Part shown: one piece after another, positions 35,877-45,707 of the stretch
How positions within the stretch are numbered: the first letter of the stretch is position 1
Layout of the letters: each line of letters starts with the position of its first letter
Source of the DNA: an uncultured virus (IMG/VR IMGVR_UViG_3300025057_000006)
Taxonomy: Duplodnaviria; Heunggongvirae; Uroviricota; Caudoviricetes
IMG/VR virus record: IMGVR_UViG_3300025057_000006
Direction: 5' to 3' (one strand)
DNA length: 64,000 bases
Program-made: the position numbers and the translations under genes
The notes under the pieces: model-generated
Seen by the model: only the letters and a program-made list of their open reading frames with translations
Told to the model about the DNA's origin: nothing
The model's database searches: none

Positions 35877-36167
35877 ATGGAAAAGTCAGTGGAATCTCGA
35901 CAGTTTGAGCTTCCTTTGGAATTACAGTTTTCCATGCGGCGAGCCGAGCTTGAAGCCCAAGAGATGACATGGGAACAGCTTTATGCTGCTCTATTAAACC
36001 TGTATCACCAACGGCTGATGGAATGGTTTGCAATTAAAGACATTTTGGCCGACGAGAATATTTCTATTGATTTCGATATACCAACAGATCTGGAATTAGC
36101 AGAACTCGCCGCCGCATTTATTTGCGACGACGAGGATGAGGATGACGAAGATCTTCAGCCCTTTTGA
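35877..36167 (+). CDS. nblA: NblA-like phycobilisome degradation protein
   Basis: ELPLELQF...QEMTWEQL...LLNLYHQRLM matches the NblA two-helix consensus L-x-LEQ-x-F. Confidence 0.6.
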   Translation: MEKSVESRQFELPLELQFSMRRAELEAQEMTWEQLYAALLNLYHQRLMEWFAIKDILADENISIDFDIPTDLELAELAAAFICDDEDEDDEDLQPF

Positions 36168-36682
36168 GCTTCATCAAACGCAATAAGACGGTCTAAATAC
36201 CACTGCGCTTTTTTCAGTGATTTAGTACCGCCTTTCAGGCGTTCACGCCAGCCATATTTCATTAGGTTACCCTTGCAATAACCACGAAATTCTTCCGGCG
36301 TCAATGAAGCTTCAATAGCTTCAATACACTCAATCCCACCATCGGTATAGTGCGGAGGATGGTTTACCTCGTCTGGTTGAATGGTGGGCGCTTCTTCTTT
36401 GACTGCCCAAGGCACAGGACAGATACCACCAGCACATTCTGTCATCGCACTTAGACCAGGGTAATCGGGAACTTGCGTAGAAATATCTAGCGCATCAAAC
36501 CCCGCCGTTTTGCCGACAGAACTTTCTCCATCTCCTCTGGCTCTTCCAGCTCCAGTACCAGAGTCTTCGGCCTTGGTGCTGCCCCCATTGCCATCCCCTC
36601 TTCCATCGATGGGATCAAACCAGTCGTTCCAGGACGTTGCCCCTCGAGATTCAACGGATTCCGCTCCAGCCCTTGTTCGCAT
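36155..36682 (-). CDS. DUF3310 (T7 gp1.7-like) domain protein; start uncertain
   Basis: VNHPPHYT...IECIEAI...GNLMKY...LKKAQWYL. Confidence 0.85.
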   Translation of the reverse strand: MRTRAGAESVESRGATSWNDWFDPIDGRGDGNGGSTKAEDSGTGAGRARGDGESSVGKTAGFDALDISTQVPDYPGLSAMTECAGGICPVPWAVKEEAPTIQPDEVNHPPHYTDGGIECIEAIEASLTPEEFRGYCKGNLMKYGWRERLKGGTKSLKKAQWYLDRLIAFDEAQKG

Positions 36683-36840
36683 AAAGTCAACCCTCGATTG
36701 TACATATCATATAAGGGTACATCATTTTCTTCATTATCGAGCGGACCGCCGAAGTCTTCTTCCGTTAAACAACGACACTTCAGTTCATCTTGGACAAAAC
36801 TGTCTAGAAATCCAGCTGCGTTATGCATTGATATGTACAT
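36487..36840 (-). CDS. Hypothetical protein
   Basis: ORF track 117 aa. Confidence 0.7.
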   Translation of the reverse strand: MYISMHNAAGFLDSFVQDELKCRCLTEEDFGGPLDNEENDVPLYDMYNRGLTLCEQGLERNPLNLEGQRPGTTGLIPSMEEGMAMGAAPRPKTLVLELEEPEEMEKVLSAKRRGLMR

Positions 36841-36866
36841 AGGGTTATCTCATTTACAATATTATC

Positions 36867-37244
36867 ATGGCAAGCATATACAGCCCACTTTACGAAACCG
36901 GACAAAGATCTGGTGGAACCTCTGGAGCCGAGGTTTCAGATCTTCGTCCAGAACAGGCGTATGACATTGACTTGCGCCGATTAGATCCAGAAGAAAGAGA
37001 TATTGCTTCTTCTTTAAATAACAAACAAGATCGTGTTGCTCGTTTTACTAAAGCGGTTAAAACGGCAGCAGCTTACAACCAAAGAAAAAATATCATGGAT
37101 CCACAAATAAGAGGCAAAACACCAAGAAGTGAGCTTCTAATTGATGGAACAGTACTCCCCAACCTGGGCGAACGCTTTGGTCGGGGAGGCGGAACAAACT
37201 ATGCTAATAAACCATTGCCACAGTTTGGAAAACCCTTTGGTTAA
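36867..37244 (+). CDS. Hypothetical protein
   Basis: ORF track 125 aa. Confidence 0.75.
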   Translation: MASIYSPLYETGQRSGGTSGAEVSDLRPEQAYDIDLRRLDPEERDIASSLNNKQDRVARFTKAVKTAAAYNQRKNIMDPQIRGKTPRSELLIDGTVLPNLGERFGRGGGTNYANKPLPQFGKPFG

Positions 37245-37828
37245 GCACGAGAAAAAACTATTTCTTTCTTTTGGTTTTGATACTTGCCTTTGCGATCCTG
37301 GTAAGTAACCTCACAAGGATTGCCTCGATAGAAAAGAAGCTGCGTTACTCCCTCATCAGCATAAACACGGTTGTATAGCCCAGTGCAGTTGCTGATTTCT
37401 AGTGTTAAATATCCTTCCCATCCAGATTCAGCTGGAGTGATATTAACTAAAATCCCAGAGCGTGCATAGGTTGATTTGCCAACCGCAACGACAGTAACAT
37501 CACGTGGAAGCTTTAGTTTTTCCTGGGCCACACCAAGACAATACCCATATGGAGGCAAAAGAAAATACTGCCCTTTTTCGTCTTCTAAAAGCTCAGAAGA
37601 GGTCAAAATAGAAGGATTAAAATCCTTTGGATCACATTCACCCTCCGAAATGCGTCCAAAAACAAGGCACTGCTGGGGGGACAAGCGGATATCGTAACCA
37701 TAAGAACTGAGCCCATAGCTTAAGATTTTTTTGTCCTTTTTTTGGTTGACAAGATGATCGACAAATGGTTCAATCATCCCCTCCTTTTCAACCAATTCTC
37801 GGATTTCCCAGTCAGCTAGTACGCTCAT
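37241..37828 (-). CDS. dcd: dCTP deaminase
   Basis: SYGLSSYGYDIRL, GKSTYARSG, GWEGYLTLEISN, YQDRKGKYQNQ. Confidence 0.93.
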   Translation of the reverse strand: MSVLADWEIRELVEKEGMIEPFVDHLVNQKKDKKILSYGLSSYGYDIRLSPQQCLVFGRISEGECDPKDFNPSILTSSELLEDEKGQYFLLPPYGYCLGVAQEKLKLPRDVTVVAVGKSTYARSGILVNITPAESGWEGYLTLEISNCTGLYNRVYADEGVTQLLFYRGNPCEVTYQDRKGKYQNQKKEIVFSRA

Positions 37829-37860
37829 GACAAAACTCAATCGAAGTTACTCTACACAAT

Positions 37861-38448
37861 TCAGAGAAGAATGCGGCCTTTTTCTGAATAAATGTCAATA
37901 AATCGCTCAGTAGCAGATGCTACACGATCTTGTGGTTGCAGATAAACCAAGAATGAGGTGCACGTTTTATGTATAGAGATACCATTGCTTGTGTTTTTTC
38001 TTAAGGTGGGAGCTGTTTTCAAAAAACAAACAGGAAAATCAAAAATGCGCTGATCGTATCTGATCATGTCTGGACAATTTGAAAAGTATAAACCCTGTTC
38101 GATTTCACCAGACAGCCAGGACTTATATAGCTTTTCGAACCATACAGCATGAGAGGAGCGCAACGTTTTAGACGTGGCCCGTGTCATTTTCCAGCGTTCA
38201 TTTTTTGCTTCCCAAAAATAAGCGCCACTTGGAGGAAATAAATAAACGCGCCCGAACCATTGCTGGCAATTCAGCCCATCTTCTGTTGGTGTATAGAAAT
38301 GCTCGGCCTCAACAAAAGAATTTGCTGTTATAGAACTAGCAACATCTAGTTGAATACCATCTAGCAAAGCGTGTGCAGACGATACAAGATCATAGTTTGT
38401 AATAAGCTCCAGGTCTTCTTTTTTATAGCCGGGCGCCGTAATGCTCAT
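37861..38448 (-). CDS. Phage Dam-like N6-adenine methyltransferase homologue with an altered catalytic motif
   Basis: LDVAS...FYT..EDGL..QWFGRVYLFPPS (NPPY expected). Confidence 0.65.
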   Translation of the reverse strand: MSITAPGYKKEDLELITNYDLVSSAHALLDGIQLDVASSITANSFVEAEHFYTPTEDGLNCQQWFGRVYLFPPSGAYFWEAKNERWKMTRATSKTLRSSHAVWFEKLYKSWLSGEIEQGLYFSNCPDMIRYDQRIFDFPVCFLKTAPTLRKNTSNGISIHKTCTSFLVYLQPQDRVASATERFIDIYSEKGRILL

Positions 38449-38834
38449 TTTTCTTCCGCTTTTTTGTTGTAGTCAACTTCAAGGTACCGAATTCCTTCTT
38501 TGTCGTTAATTAAATACCCAGCTTTTTCTTTAGGATCGATTTTCTGGGCTGCCTCTAGTACGCGACGAAAAGTTTCAGCAAGGTCACCGTTGTTCTCGCC
38601 TTCACATTTTTCTTGTGCCGAATGAATTTCTTCTAAAGTCCAAAAGAACATAGAACGCTCTTTATCTTCGGGTTGAAACACCATGATTCCCGGACCCTCT
38701 GCTTCCCACATTTTGTAGTAGTGCTGGCCCATATCACCAAGAATTAGTTTGATGGTACTGGAAAGCATCCGCGCACTTGTCTTGTCCATTTCTGGACCAA
38801 TAACAGAAGTGATTAACTTTTCTCGACGGTTCAT
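38445..38834 (-). CDS. Hypothetical protein
   Basis: ORF track 129 aa; coupled. Confidence 0.8.
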   Translation of the reverse strand: MNRREKLITSVIGPEMDKTSARMLSSTIKLILGDMGQHYYKMWEAEGPGIMVFQPEDKERSMFFWTLEEIHSAQEKCEGENNGDLAETFRRVLEAAQKIDPKEKAGYLINDKEGIRYLEVDYNKKAEEK

Positions 38835-39292
38835 TTTTCTACTAATCCTTGACGTACAAGTGCTTCGAGCAGTTTAGGCAATGGCTGATAGATTACAACC
38901 ATTTTTCCTAGGTTACCTCTTTTTTTAATTAGTTTGCCTCTCTCGTCTTTTAATTTGTCAAACTCTCCGGAACGGATTAGATATTCAGCAACACAACGCA
39001 AACGCCTTTTCAGCGGCAATTCAGCCAAGGGAAATTTGCCACAAATTGTATCTGGCTGCAAATCTTTAAAAGCCATCCTTAGGCGATTGGCCAAAGTCAT
39101 ATTCGAATTCTCATCTTCTTCTTCATAGTTTTTAATATTTTCCAGATACCTCACCAGGCAAGCGGTATCAAAAGATCCTTCAGGCGGTAAGAAGGGCGTC
39201 ACCTGCTGGCACAAAGACGCAGGCAATATTTCAGAATAATTCTCAAGGGTTACCTCATGAATATTCAAACATTCGAAACGATGGCTTGTCAT
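38831..39292 (-). CDS. Hypothetical protein
   Basis: ORF track 153 aa; coupled. Confidence 0.8.
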   Translation of the reverse strand: MTSHRFECLNIHEVTLENYSEILPASLCQQVTPFLPPEGSFDTACLVRYLENIKNYEEEDENSNMTLANRLRMAFKDLQPDTICGKFPLAELPLKRRLRCVAEYLIRSGEFDKLKDERGKLIKKRGNLGKMVVIYQPLPKLLEALVRQGLVEK

Positions 39293-39702
39293 TGATTATT
39301 CCCATTAAGACTTTTGTACAAAACACCCTTATGGAAGTCGGAACTTTCACTCTTTTTATTTTTAGCAAAAGATTGGATCAAATGATTCCAGGGGATTCGA
39401 ATTACGCTTTTCTTGCTTTGATTTGGGTTTATATTGACATAGTGGATTCCTTCGGTCCATCCTTTTTGCGGGTTATGTCTGCCGAGCATGATCCAGTTCC
39501 TGATCGTTTGGTCGGAAACACCCAAGCGCCTGCCACACTCTTCGGTCGAAATATATTCGTCAGCAAATGCTTCCGGATTTAAGAGGTCAGTTTCGCCATC
39601 CTGATAACGACTATGCCACATGGATGAAAGAATGTTTCGAATACCCTTTAGCTCGTGGGCAATGTCCTCCAGCCCTTTTCTAATACCAAAACTTGCCATC
39701 AA
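39289..39702 (-). CDS. HTH (excisionase-like) DNA-binding protein
   Basis: YISTEECGRRLGVSDQTIRNWI...EGIHY. Confidence 0.75.
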   Translation of the reverse strand: MMASFGIRKGLEDIAHELKGIRNILSSMWHSRYQDGETDLLNPEAFADEYISTEECGRRLGVSDQTIRNWIMLGRHNPQKGWTEGIHYVNINPNQSKKSVIRIPWNHLIQSFAKNKKSESSDFHKGVLYKSLNGNNQ

Positions 39703-39753
39703 TGCATTTCCTTTTTAGAAATGCTAATGTATAAACAAAGTTTTTGCTAGATC

Positions 39754-40089
39754 ATGGAAGAGCAAGTCCCAGAAAGTCAGGCGCCCAATTTGCAGCCCGA
39801 CTTCCAAGTGCCGTCCCCCGCTGCTTTGTCTGGATACCCAGATTTTGAAGCAATGAAAGCGCAAGCTCGTGAGCTAGCCGTACAGCAAGTGCTTGCAAGC
39901 AAAGGGATGACAAGTCCAGTGCCAGTGCAAAATTTTCAAAAACCAGAAATTGTTTACGTACGTCGTAACTTAACAGTCGCTGAGCTAATTGTTGTTTTTG
40001 CAATCGCTTGTGGAATTGTCTTTGGAATCCCAGCACTTTGGAATTTTGCAGCAAGTCGACTACCACAAATTGAAATCAAAGTAAAATGA
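39754..40089 (+). CDS. Membrane protein
   Basis: C-terminal TM helix. Confidence 0.75.
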   Translation: MEEQVPESQAPNLQPDFQVPSPAALSGYPDFEAMKAQARELAVQQVLASKGMTSPVPVQNFQKPEIVYVRRNLTVAELIVVFAIACGIVFGIPALWNFAASRLPQIEIKVK

Positions 40090-40138
40090 TAAGTGAAGAC
40101 CTCTTATAATTTTAATTATAAGAAACGTGGTTGAATAG

Positions 40139-43100
40139 GTGGCTAACAGGCGCATCTCTGAGCTGCCAGCTATTACAGCTGGCAATATAAACGATGAAGA
40201 CCTATTGGCAATTGTTGATGTTGCCGAGGTTGATCCCGGCTTAAAAAATAAAAAACTTACTTTTGCAACAACCAAAGAATACTTTAACGGTTATTATCTT
40301 GAACTGACGGGCGGCACCGTCGCCGGATCATTGGTTGTTGCTAACAACCTAGACGTTTCAGGCTCCTTTACTCTTGGCTCTCTTAACATTACGGGAGTCA
40401 GTACTTTTGGTTCGCTTATTGTTACCGGAAACTCTTCTTTTAGTGGCAACGTAAGTGGCACAATTATTACGGGTACACAATTAAATGGTTTAAATGTTAA
40501 CGGAACAACCGGAAATATTACACAGTTAACAGTCGGAACACAAACGGTAGGTACTGGTAATTTTACTCGAATCAGTGGAATTACTATTACAGGTCAAACC
40601 GGCCTTTTTAGTACGATCACCGGACAGACAATCACTGGTGCTACGGGTCTATTTAGTTCTTTAACGGGAACCAATATTACCGGTGTAAATATCGTCGGAA
40701 CCACAACTGTTTCTGGAGCAAATGTTACAGGTGATGCTGGTAACTTCAATAATTTAACTGGTGTTACTGGTATATTTACCACAACTGTTTCTGGTCAAAC
40801 AGTCACAGGCAATACGGGTAAATTTAGCAATTTAACAGGTGTTTCTGGTGTTTTCACCAACAACTTATCCGGTCAGACAATCACTGGAAACACAGGACTA
40901 ATTACAAATTTAACGGGTGTTTCTGGAACATTTACGACGCGAGTTTCAGGTTTAACAGTAACAGGTCAAACCGGTCTCTTTGCAAACATTAATGCTGGTA
41001 TTGGTCGGTTTACAACGCAATTATCCGGTGCGGTTATTACGGGAGATACTGTTCAAGCAACACAACTTACCGGAGTTACTGGTATATTTACCGCAAACCT
41101 TTCTGGTACAACCGTAACGGGAAATACTGGTCTATTCACAAACCTTACAGGTGTTTCCGGAACTTTTACCAATCAGATTTCAGGACAAACCATTACAGGT
41201 ATTAGTGGTTTCTTCCAAAGAGTAGAAGCACTTACAGGTGTTTTTACTGATACACTTGTTATTCCCTCGATTGCAACGACAGGAAATATTGAGGCTGCAG
41301 GTAATTTAACCATCAGTGGCAGCGGTACGATTTCTTCTGGGTTAGTTGTAAGCGGCACTATTTCCGGCAACACGGTTACAGGGATTACTGGAGAATTTGG
41401 AAACCTGACGGGCAACGAAATCTTTGGTTTAACTTCTATATCAGGAGTCACCATTACCGGTGCCTCAGGACTTTTTACTCGCGTACAAGCATTAACTGGG
41501 GTTTTTACAACATCGGTTAGCGGTGCGTTAATTACAGGTCAAACCTTAAACGCAACGACTGGCACGTTTGCAACAGGAACGTTTACAAACTTATCTGGAA
41601 ATGTAATCACAGGCGTTACAGGATTATTTTCAAACCTGACGGCGCTTACTGGTACTTTTACAAATCGTGTTTCAGGACAAACAATAACAGGTCAAAGTGG
41701 TTTATTTAGCAACTTAACCAGTGTTACTGGCGTATTTACTGATCGTGTTTCCGGAGCAATTGTAACGGGTGACGCAGGAAGTTTTACATCCGTAACCGGG
41801 GTAAATGGAATTTTTACAAGTCAAATATCCGGCTTAACACTTACCGGTGCCACGGGATCTTTTACCAATGTAAACGCCATTTCTGGTGTATTTACAACAC
41901 GTGTTTCAGGTCAAACCATTACAGGACAAACTGGTGTTTTCAATCGAATTACAGGCGTAACTGGTGTTTTCACAAGTGAACTATCAGGTTTTAATGTTGT
42001 AGCTGAAAACGGCACTTTTAATTATGTTACTGGAAGCACTCGTGTTGAAGGAGGCGTAGTATCTGGCGGCACGGTTACCGGAAATATTGGACGATTTACA
42101 AATTTAACAGGAATATCCGGTACATTTACAACTCGTGTTTCTGGCGCTTATATCACTGGAACTTTAATTGAAGCAGTTACTGTAACAGCTGCAACAGGTA
42201 ACTTTACCGTTGCAAACTTCACGCAAACCACAACAGGTAATATCTCCGCAAGTGGAAGCGGTTTTTTTGGATCAGGTGTTTTTACAACAGGAGTTATTTC
42301 TGGCAATACATACTATGCAAGCGGGGGAGTAATTATTGTCAGTGGACTGGGAGATATTAAACCTTACGGTTTATATAGTTTTCCAAATGCAACTGGAATA
42401 TCAGGTTATATTTTAAGTACAAATTCAGACGGAACAACAAGTTGGATAACACCACCTGTTTCTTTGACAGATGGAGACAAAGGTGACATTACAGTCAGCG
42501 GTGGCGGAACAGTTTGGACTATTGATTCAGGTGTTGTAACAACTGCGCAGCTTGGTGGAGACATTACAACAGCGGGCAAAGCATTGCTTGACGATGCTGA
42601 TACAGCAGCTCAACGTTTAACACTTGGATTGGTCATCGGGACTGATGTTCAAGCATATGACCCAAACTTGCCGGCAGGCAATACAATCTTAGTCGACGGG
42701 GATGTGGGTGTTACTGTTCAGGGTTACGACGCTGATACAGCTAAGTATGACGACATCACGGCAAACTTTACTGGCACACTTCAAAACGGCGGAAGCAATG
42801 TTCTTGTAGACACTGATATTGGATCAACAGTTCAAGCGTATGATGCGGATACCGCAAAGTATGACGCAACTACTGCCAACTTTACCGGCACCTTGCAAAA
42901 TGGTGGGTCTAACGTTCTCGTTGACAGTGATATTGGTGTCAATGTTCAAGCATACGACGCAGATACAGCTAAATATGATGCTGCAACAGCGAACTTTACC
43001 GGCACACTGCAGAACGGTGGATCCAATGTTCTAGTAGATACAGACATCGGATCAACCGTTCAAGCATATGATGCTGATACAGCTAAGTATGACGACACAA

Positions 43101-43582
43101 CAGCCAACTTTACTGGCACGTTGCAGAACGGTGGGTCCAATGTTCTCGTTGACAGCGACATTGGCTCAACCGTCCAGGCTTACGACGCAGATACGGCAAA
43201 ACTTGATGTAGCTCAAACATTTACAGCAGTACAAACGCTGACCGATCCTGCGATCGTCGGTACGATCCTTGAGGATGTCTACACCATCAGTGATGGCGCA
43301 GCGTTTGAAGTAGATCCTGGTAATGGAAGTGTTCAGCTGATCACGCTCGGCGCCAACCGCACACCTAAAGCAACAAACTTCGCCGCTGGTGAAGCCGTCA
43401 CCATGATGATTGATGATGGCACTGCCTATACCCTGACATGGACAGATGCGACTTGGGGTACAACAGGAGTTATTTGGACTGGCGGCAGTGCGCCTACACT
43501 TGCAACAACTGGATATACGGTCGTGCAGTTTTGGAAAGTTGGAAGCCAAGTGTACGGCGCTTATGTAGGAGATGCAGCATGA
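40139..43582 (+). CDS. Tail fibre protein
   Basis: N-terminal RRISELP anchor; about 26-aa Thr/Gly repeats; 40-aa VQAYDADTAK repeats. Confidence 0.85.
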   Translation: MANRRISELPAITAGNINDEDLLAIVDVAEVDPGLKNKKLTFATTKEYFNGYYLELTGGTVAGSLVVANNLDVSGSFTLGSLNITGVSTFGSLIVTGNSSFSGNVSGTIITGTQLNGLNVNGTTGNITQLTVGTQTVGTGNFTRISGITITGQTGLFSTITGQTITGATGLFSSLTGTNITGVNIVGTTTVSGANVTGDAGNFNNLTGVTGIFTTTVSGQTVTGNTGKFSNLTGVSGVFTNNLSGQTITGNTGLITNLTGVSGTFTTRVSGLTVTGQTGLFANINAGIGRFTTQLSGAVITGDTVQATQLTGVTGIFTANLSGTTVTGNTGLFTNLTGVSGTFTNQISGQTITGISGFFQRVEALTGVFTDTLVIPSIATTGNIEAAGNLTISGSGTISSGLVVSGTISGNTVTGITGEFGNLTGNEIFGLTSISGVTITGASGLFTRVQALTGVFTTSVSGALITGQTLNATTGTFATGTFTNLSGNVITGVTGLFSNLTALTGTFTNRVSGQTITGQSGLFSNLTSVTGVFTDRVSGAIVTGDAGSFTSVTGVNGIFTSQISGLTLTGATGSFTNVNAISGVFTTRVSGQTITGQTGVFNRITGVTGVFTSELSGFNVVAENGTFNYVTGSTRVEGGVVSGGTVTGNIGRFTNLTGISGTFTTRVSGAYITGTLIEAVTVTAATGNFTVANFTQTTTGNISASGSGFFGSGVFTTGVISGNTYYASGGVIIVSGLGDIKPYGLYSFPNATGISGYILSTNSDGTTSWITPPVSLTDGDKGDITVSGGGTVWTIDSGVVTTAQLGGDITTAGKALLDDADTAAQRLTLGLVIGTDVQAYDPNLPAGNTILVDGDVGVTVQGYDADTAKYDDITANFTGTLQNGGSNVLVDTDIGSTVQAYDADTAKYDATTANFTGTLQNGGSNVLVDSDIGVNVQAYDADTAKYDAATANFTGTLQNGGSNVLVDTDIGSTVQAYDADTAKYDDTTANFTGTLQNGGSNVLVDSDIGSTVQAYDADTAKLDVAQTFTAVQTLTDPAIVGTILEDVYTISDGAAFEVDPGNGSVQLITLGANRTPKATNFAAGEAVTMMIDDGTAYTLTWTDATWGTTGVIWTGGSAPTLATTGYTVVQFWKVGSQVYGAYVGDAA
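42691..43205 (+). repeat. About 4 tandem 120-bp (40-aa) repeats within the tail fibre
   Basis: DIGSTVQAYDADTAKYDxTTANFTGTLQNGGSNVLVD repeated. Confidence 0.85.
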
Positions 43583-45201
43583 GGATTCCTCTAGGACTTA
43601 GGGCAGCAGCAGGCAGCGGGGGCGGAGGCCCTGCAAATCCCTGGGACATTGGCTACGCCTCTTTTACTGGGACACCGATAAACTGGTTTAATGTCGAAGC
43701 ACAGGATAACAATATTCACGGAGTTACTTTTAAATCGGACGGGACAAAGATGTTCACGGTAGGTATCAATAACGACAATGTGTATGAGTACACTCTATCT
43801 ACAGCTTGGGTAATACGAACAGCTAGCTATGTCCAAAGTCTTGACGTTAGCGGCCAAGATGTGACACCTGTCGGATTAACTTTTAGCGCAAACGGAGATG
43901 TGCTTTACGTGGTAGGTGCCACTGGAGATAGCGTTTACCAGTACGACCTAACGACGGCTTGGGATTTATCTACCGCTAGCTATACGCAAAGTTTTTCGGT
44001 GTCAACACAAGAAAACACCCCAAACGGAGTTTTTTTCAAAACAGATGGATTAAAGATGTTCGTCTGTGGCAACCAAAGTGACAGCGTAAATGAGTACACT
44101 TTGACTACCGCTTGGGATATTTCAACAGCCAGCTTCTCGCAGTCTTTTTCTGTATCAGCGCAACAAACAGGTGTGCAAGATTTGTTTTTCAAGAATGACG
44201 GCACAGAAATGTATATCATAGGAAACAGTGGCAATCGCATCCAACAGTACTCTTTGTCTACCGCTTGGGATATTTCAACGGCTAGCTACACAGGCTTTTT
44301 CAACATTGGAACGCAAATTGCGAACACCCTTTCTAGAGGTGTGTTTTTGAAAAGTGACGGAACTGTAGCATATATGGCAGATGGTGAATACGATAATATC
44401 TATAGCATCGACCTGAGTACCGCCTGGAGCATTAGTACAGGTTCCTTTAATTATCCTTCGACTGACTATTTTAGCGTTGCCACAGAAGAAACTGTAGCCA
44501 ATGACATTTACTTTAAGGACGACGGCACAAAAATGTATATCATTGGCGCCAATGGAGATGATGTAAATGAGTACTTATTATCTACTGCTTGGGCAATACA
44601 TACTGCATCATATACGCAAAGTTTTTCGGTAACTGGACAGGATACAAATCCCACTGGTTTATTCTTCAAATCCGATGGAGCTGAAATGTTCATCTGTGGC
44701 AACCAAAGTGACAGCGTGCATCAATACACACTCTCAACTCCGTGGGATATTTCAACTGCTAGCTTCACGCGAAGTCTTTCTGTAAGCTCACAAGAGTTAA
44801 CACCACAAGCTGTCTTTTTCAAGAACGATGGAACAAAGATGTACGTTTTAGGAGCTACTGGCGATGATGTAAATGAATACTCATTGTCTACTGCTTGGGA
44901 TATTTCAACAGCCAGCTTCTCGCAGTCTTTTTCTGTATCAGCGCAAGAAACTAACCCAACAGGTTTGTTTTTTAAGAGTGACGGCACAAAGATGTATGTA
45001 ACAGGGGACGTTGGAAATGACATAAACGAGTACAGCCTTTCTACTGCCTGGGATGTATCTACGGCAAGCTATGTACAAAACAATGCATTATTGCCATTTA
45101 AGATAACGGCTCCAGAAGGCGTATTTTTTAAGCCCGATGGTGGGAAAATGTTTATTATTGATTCAGGTGACGACGCTGTTTGGGCCTTTACCATCTCATG
45201 A
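43579..45201 (+). CDS. Beta-propeller repeat (receptor-binding-type) tail protein
   Basis: About 10 repeats of FKxDGTKMY...Y.LSTAWDISTAS; start moved to ATG 43579 (ATGA overlap). Confidence 0.8.
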   Translation: MRIPLGLRAAAGSGGGGPANPWDIGYASFTGTPINWFNVEAQDNNIHGVTFKSDGTKMFTVGINNDNVYEYTLSTAWVIRTASYVQSLDVSGQDVTPVGLTFSANGDVLYVVGATGDSVYQYDLTTAWDLSTASYTQSFSVSTQENTPNGVFFKTDGLKMFVCGNQSDSVNEYTLTTAWDISTASFSQSFSVSAQQTGVQDLFFKNDGTEMYIIGNSGNRIQQYSLSTAWDISTASYTGFFNIGTQIANTLSRGVFLKSDGTVAYMADGEYDNIYSIDLSTAWSISTGSFNYPSTDYFSVATEETVANDIYFKDDGTKMYIIGANGDDVNEYLLSTAWAIHTASYTQSFSVTGQDTNPTGLFFKSDGAEMFICGNQSDSVHQYTLSTPWDISTASFTRSLSVSSQELTPQAVFFKNDGTKMYVLGATGDDVNEYSLSTAWDISTASFSQSFSVSAQETNPTGLFFKSDGTKMYVTGDVGNDINEYSLSTAWDVSTASYVQNNALLPFKITAPEGVFFKPDGGKMFIIDSGDDAVWAFTIS

Positions 45202-45644
45202 CTATGTACGTAAAGCTCTTCAACGGCCAAGCTGGCAAGTTTCCTTACACGCTTGCTGATCTTCGCGCCGAAAACCCTGGGACTTCATTCCCAGACTCAA
45301 TTCCTGTCGCAACTCTTGCATCGTTTGATGTTTTTGAAGTAACGCCGACGCCAGCACCTGCTTTTGATAGCCGCACGCACGCAGTAAAGATGCGGGCGGA
45401 AAAGGTCAATGGGACATGGTTGCAGGCATGGACAGTTAATGAACTCCCAGAACAGCAAGCTGCCACCAATGTGCGTGCTCAACGCAATCAACTGCTTAGT
45501 AACTGTGATTGGACCCAGCTTGCAGACAGCCCTCTAGATGCAGACGCCAAACTTGCTTGGGCGTTGTACCGAGAAACACTACGCATGATTCCACAACAAT
45601 CTGGATTTCCCTGGAACGTACAGTGGCCACCTGAACCGCAGTAA
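45198..45644 (+). CDS. Tail fibre assembly chaperone
   Basis: RAQRNQLLSNCDWTQLAD...WALYRETLRMIPQQSGFPWNVQWP. Confidence 0.85.
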   Translation: MTMYVKLFNGQAGKFPYTLADLRAENPGTSFPDSIPVATLASFDVFEVTPTPAPAFDSRTHAVKMRAEKVNGTWLQAWTVNELPEQQAATNVRAQRNQLLSNCDWTQLADSPLDADAKLAWALYRETLRMIPQQSGFPWNVQWPPEPQ

Positions 45645-45707
45645 TCGTACGTATCTAATCAGGCAAATAAAGTTGACTTAAAGTAAATCAATACGAACAC
45701 AAATAAA

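Noticed and set aside
43981..44945. Near-identical segments in the propeller gene as a DGR template/variable pair
   Set aside because: No reverse transcriptase in the window and no adenine-specific mismatch pattern noticed; explained by blade duplication
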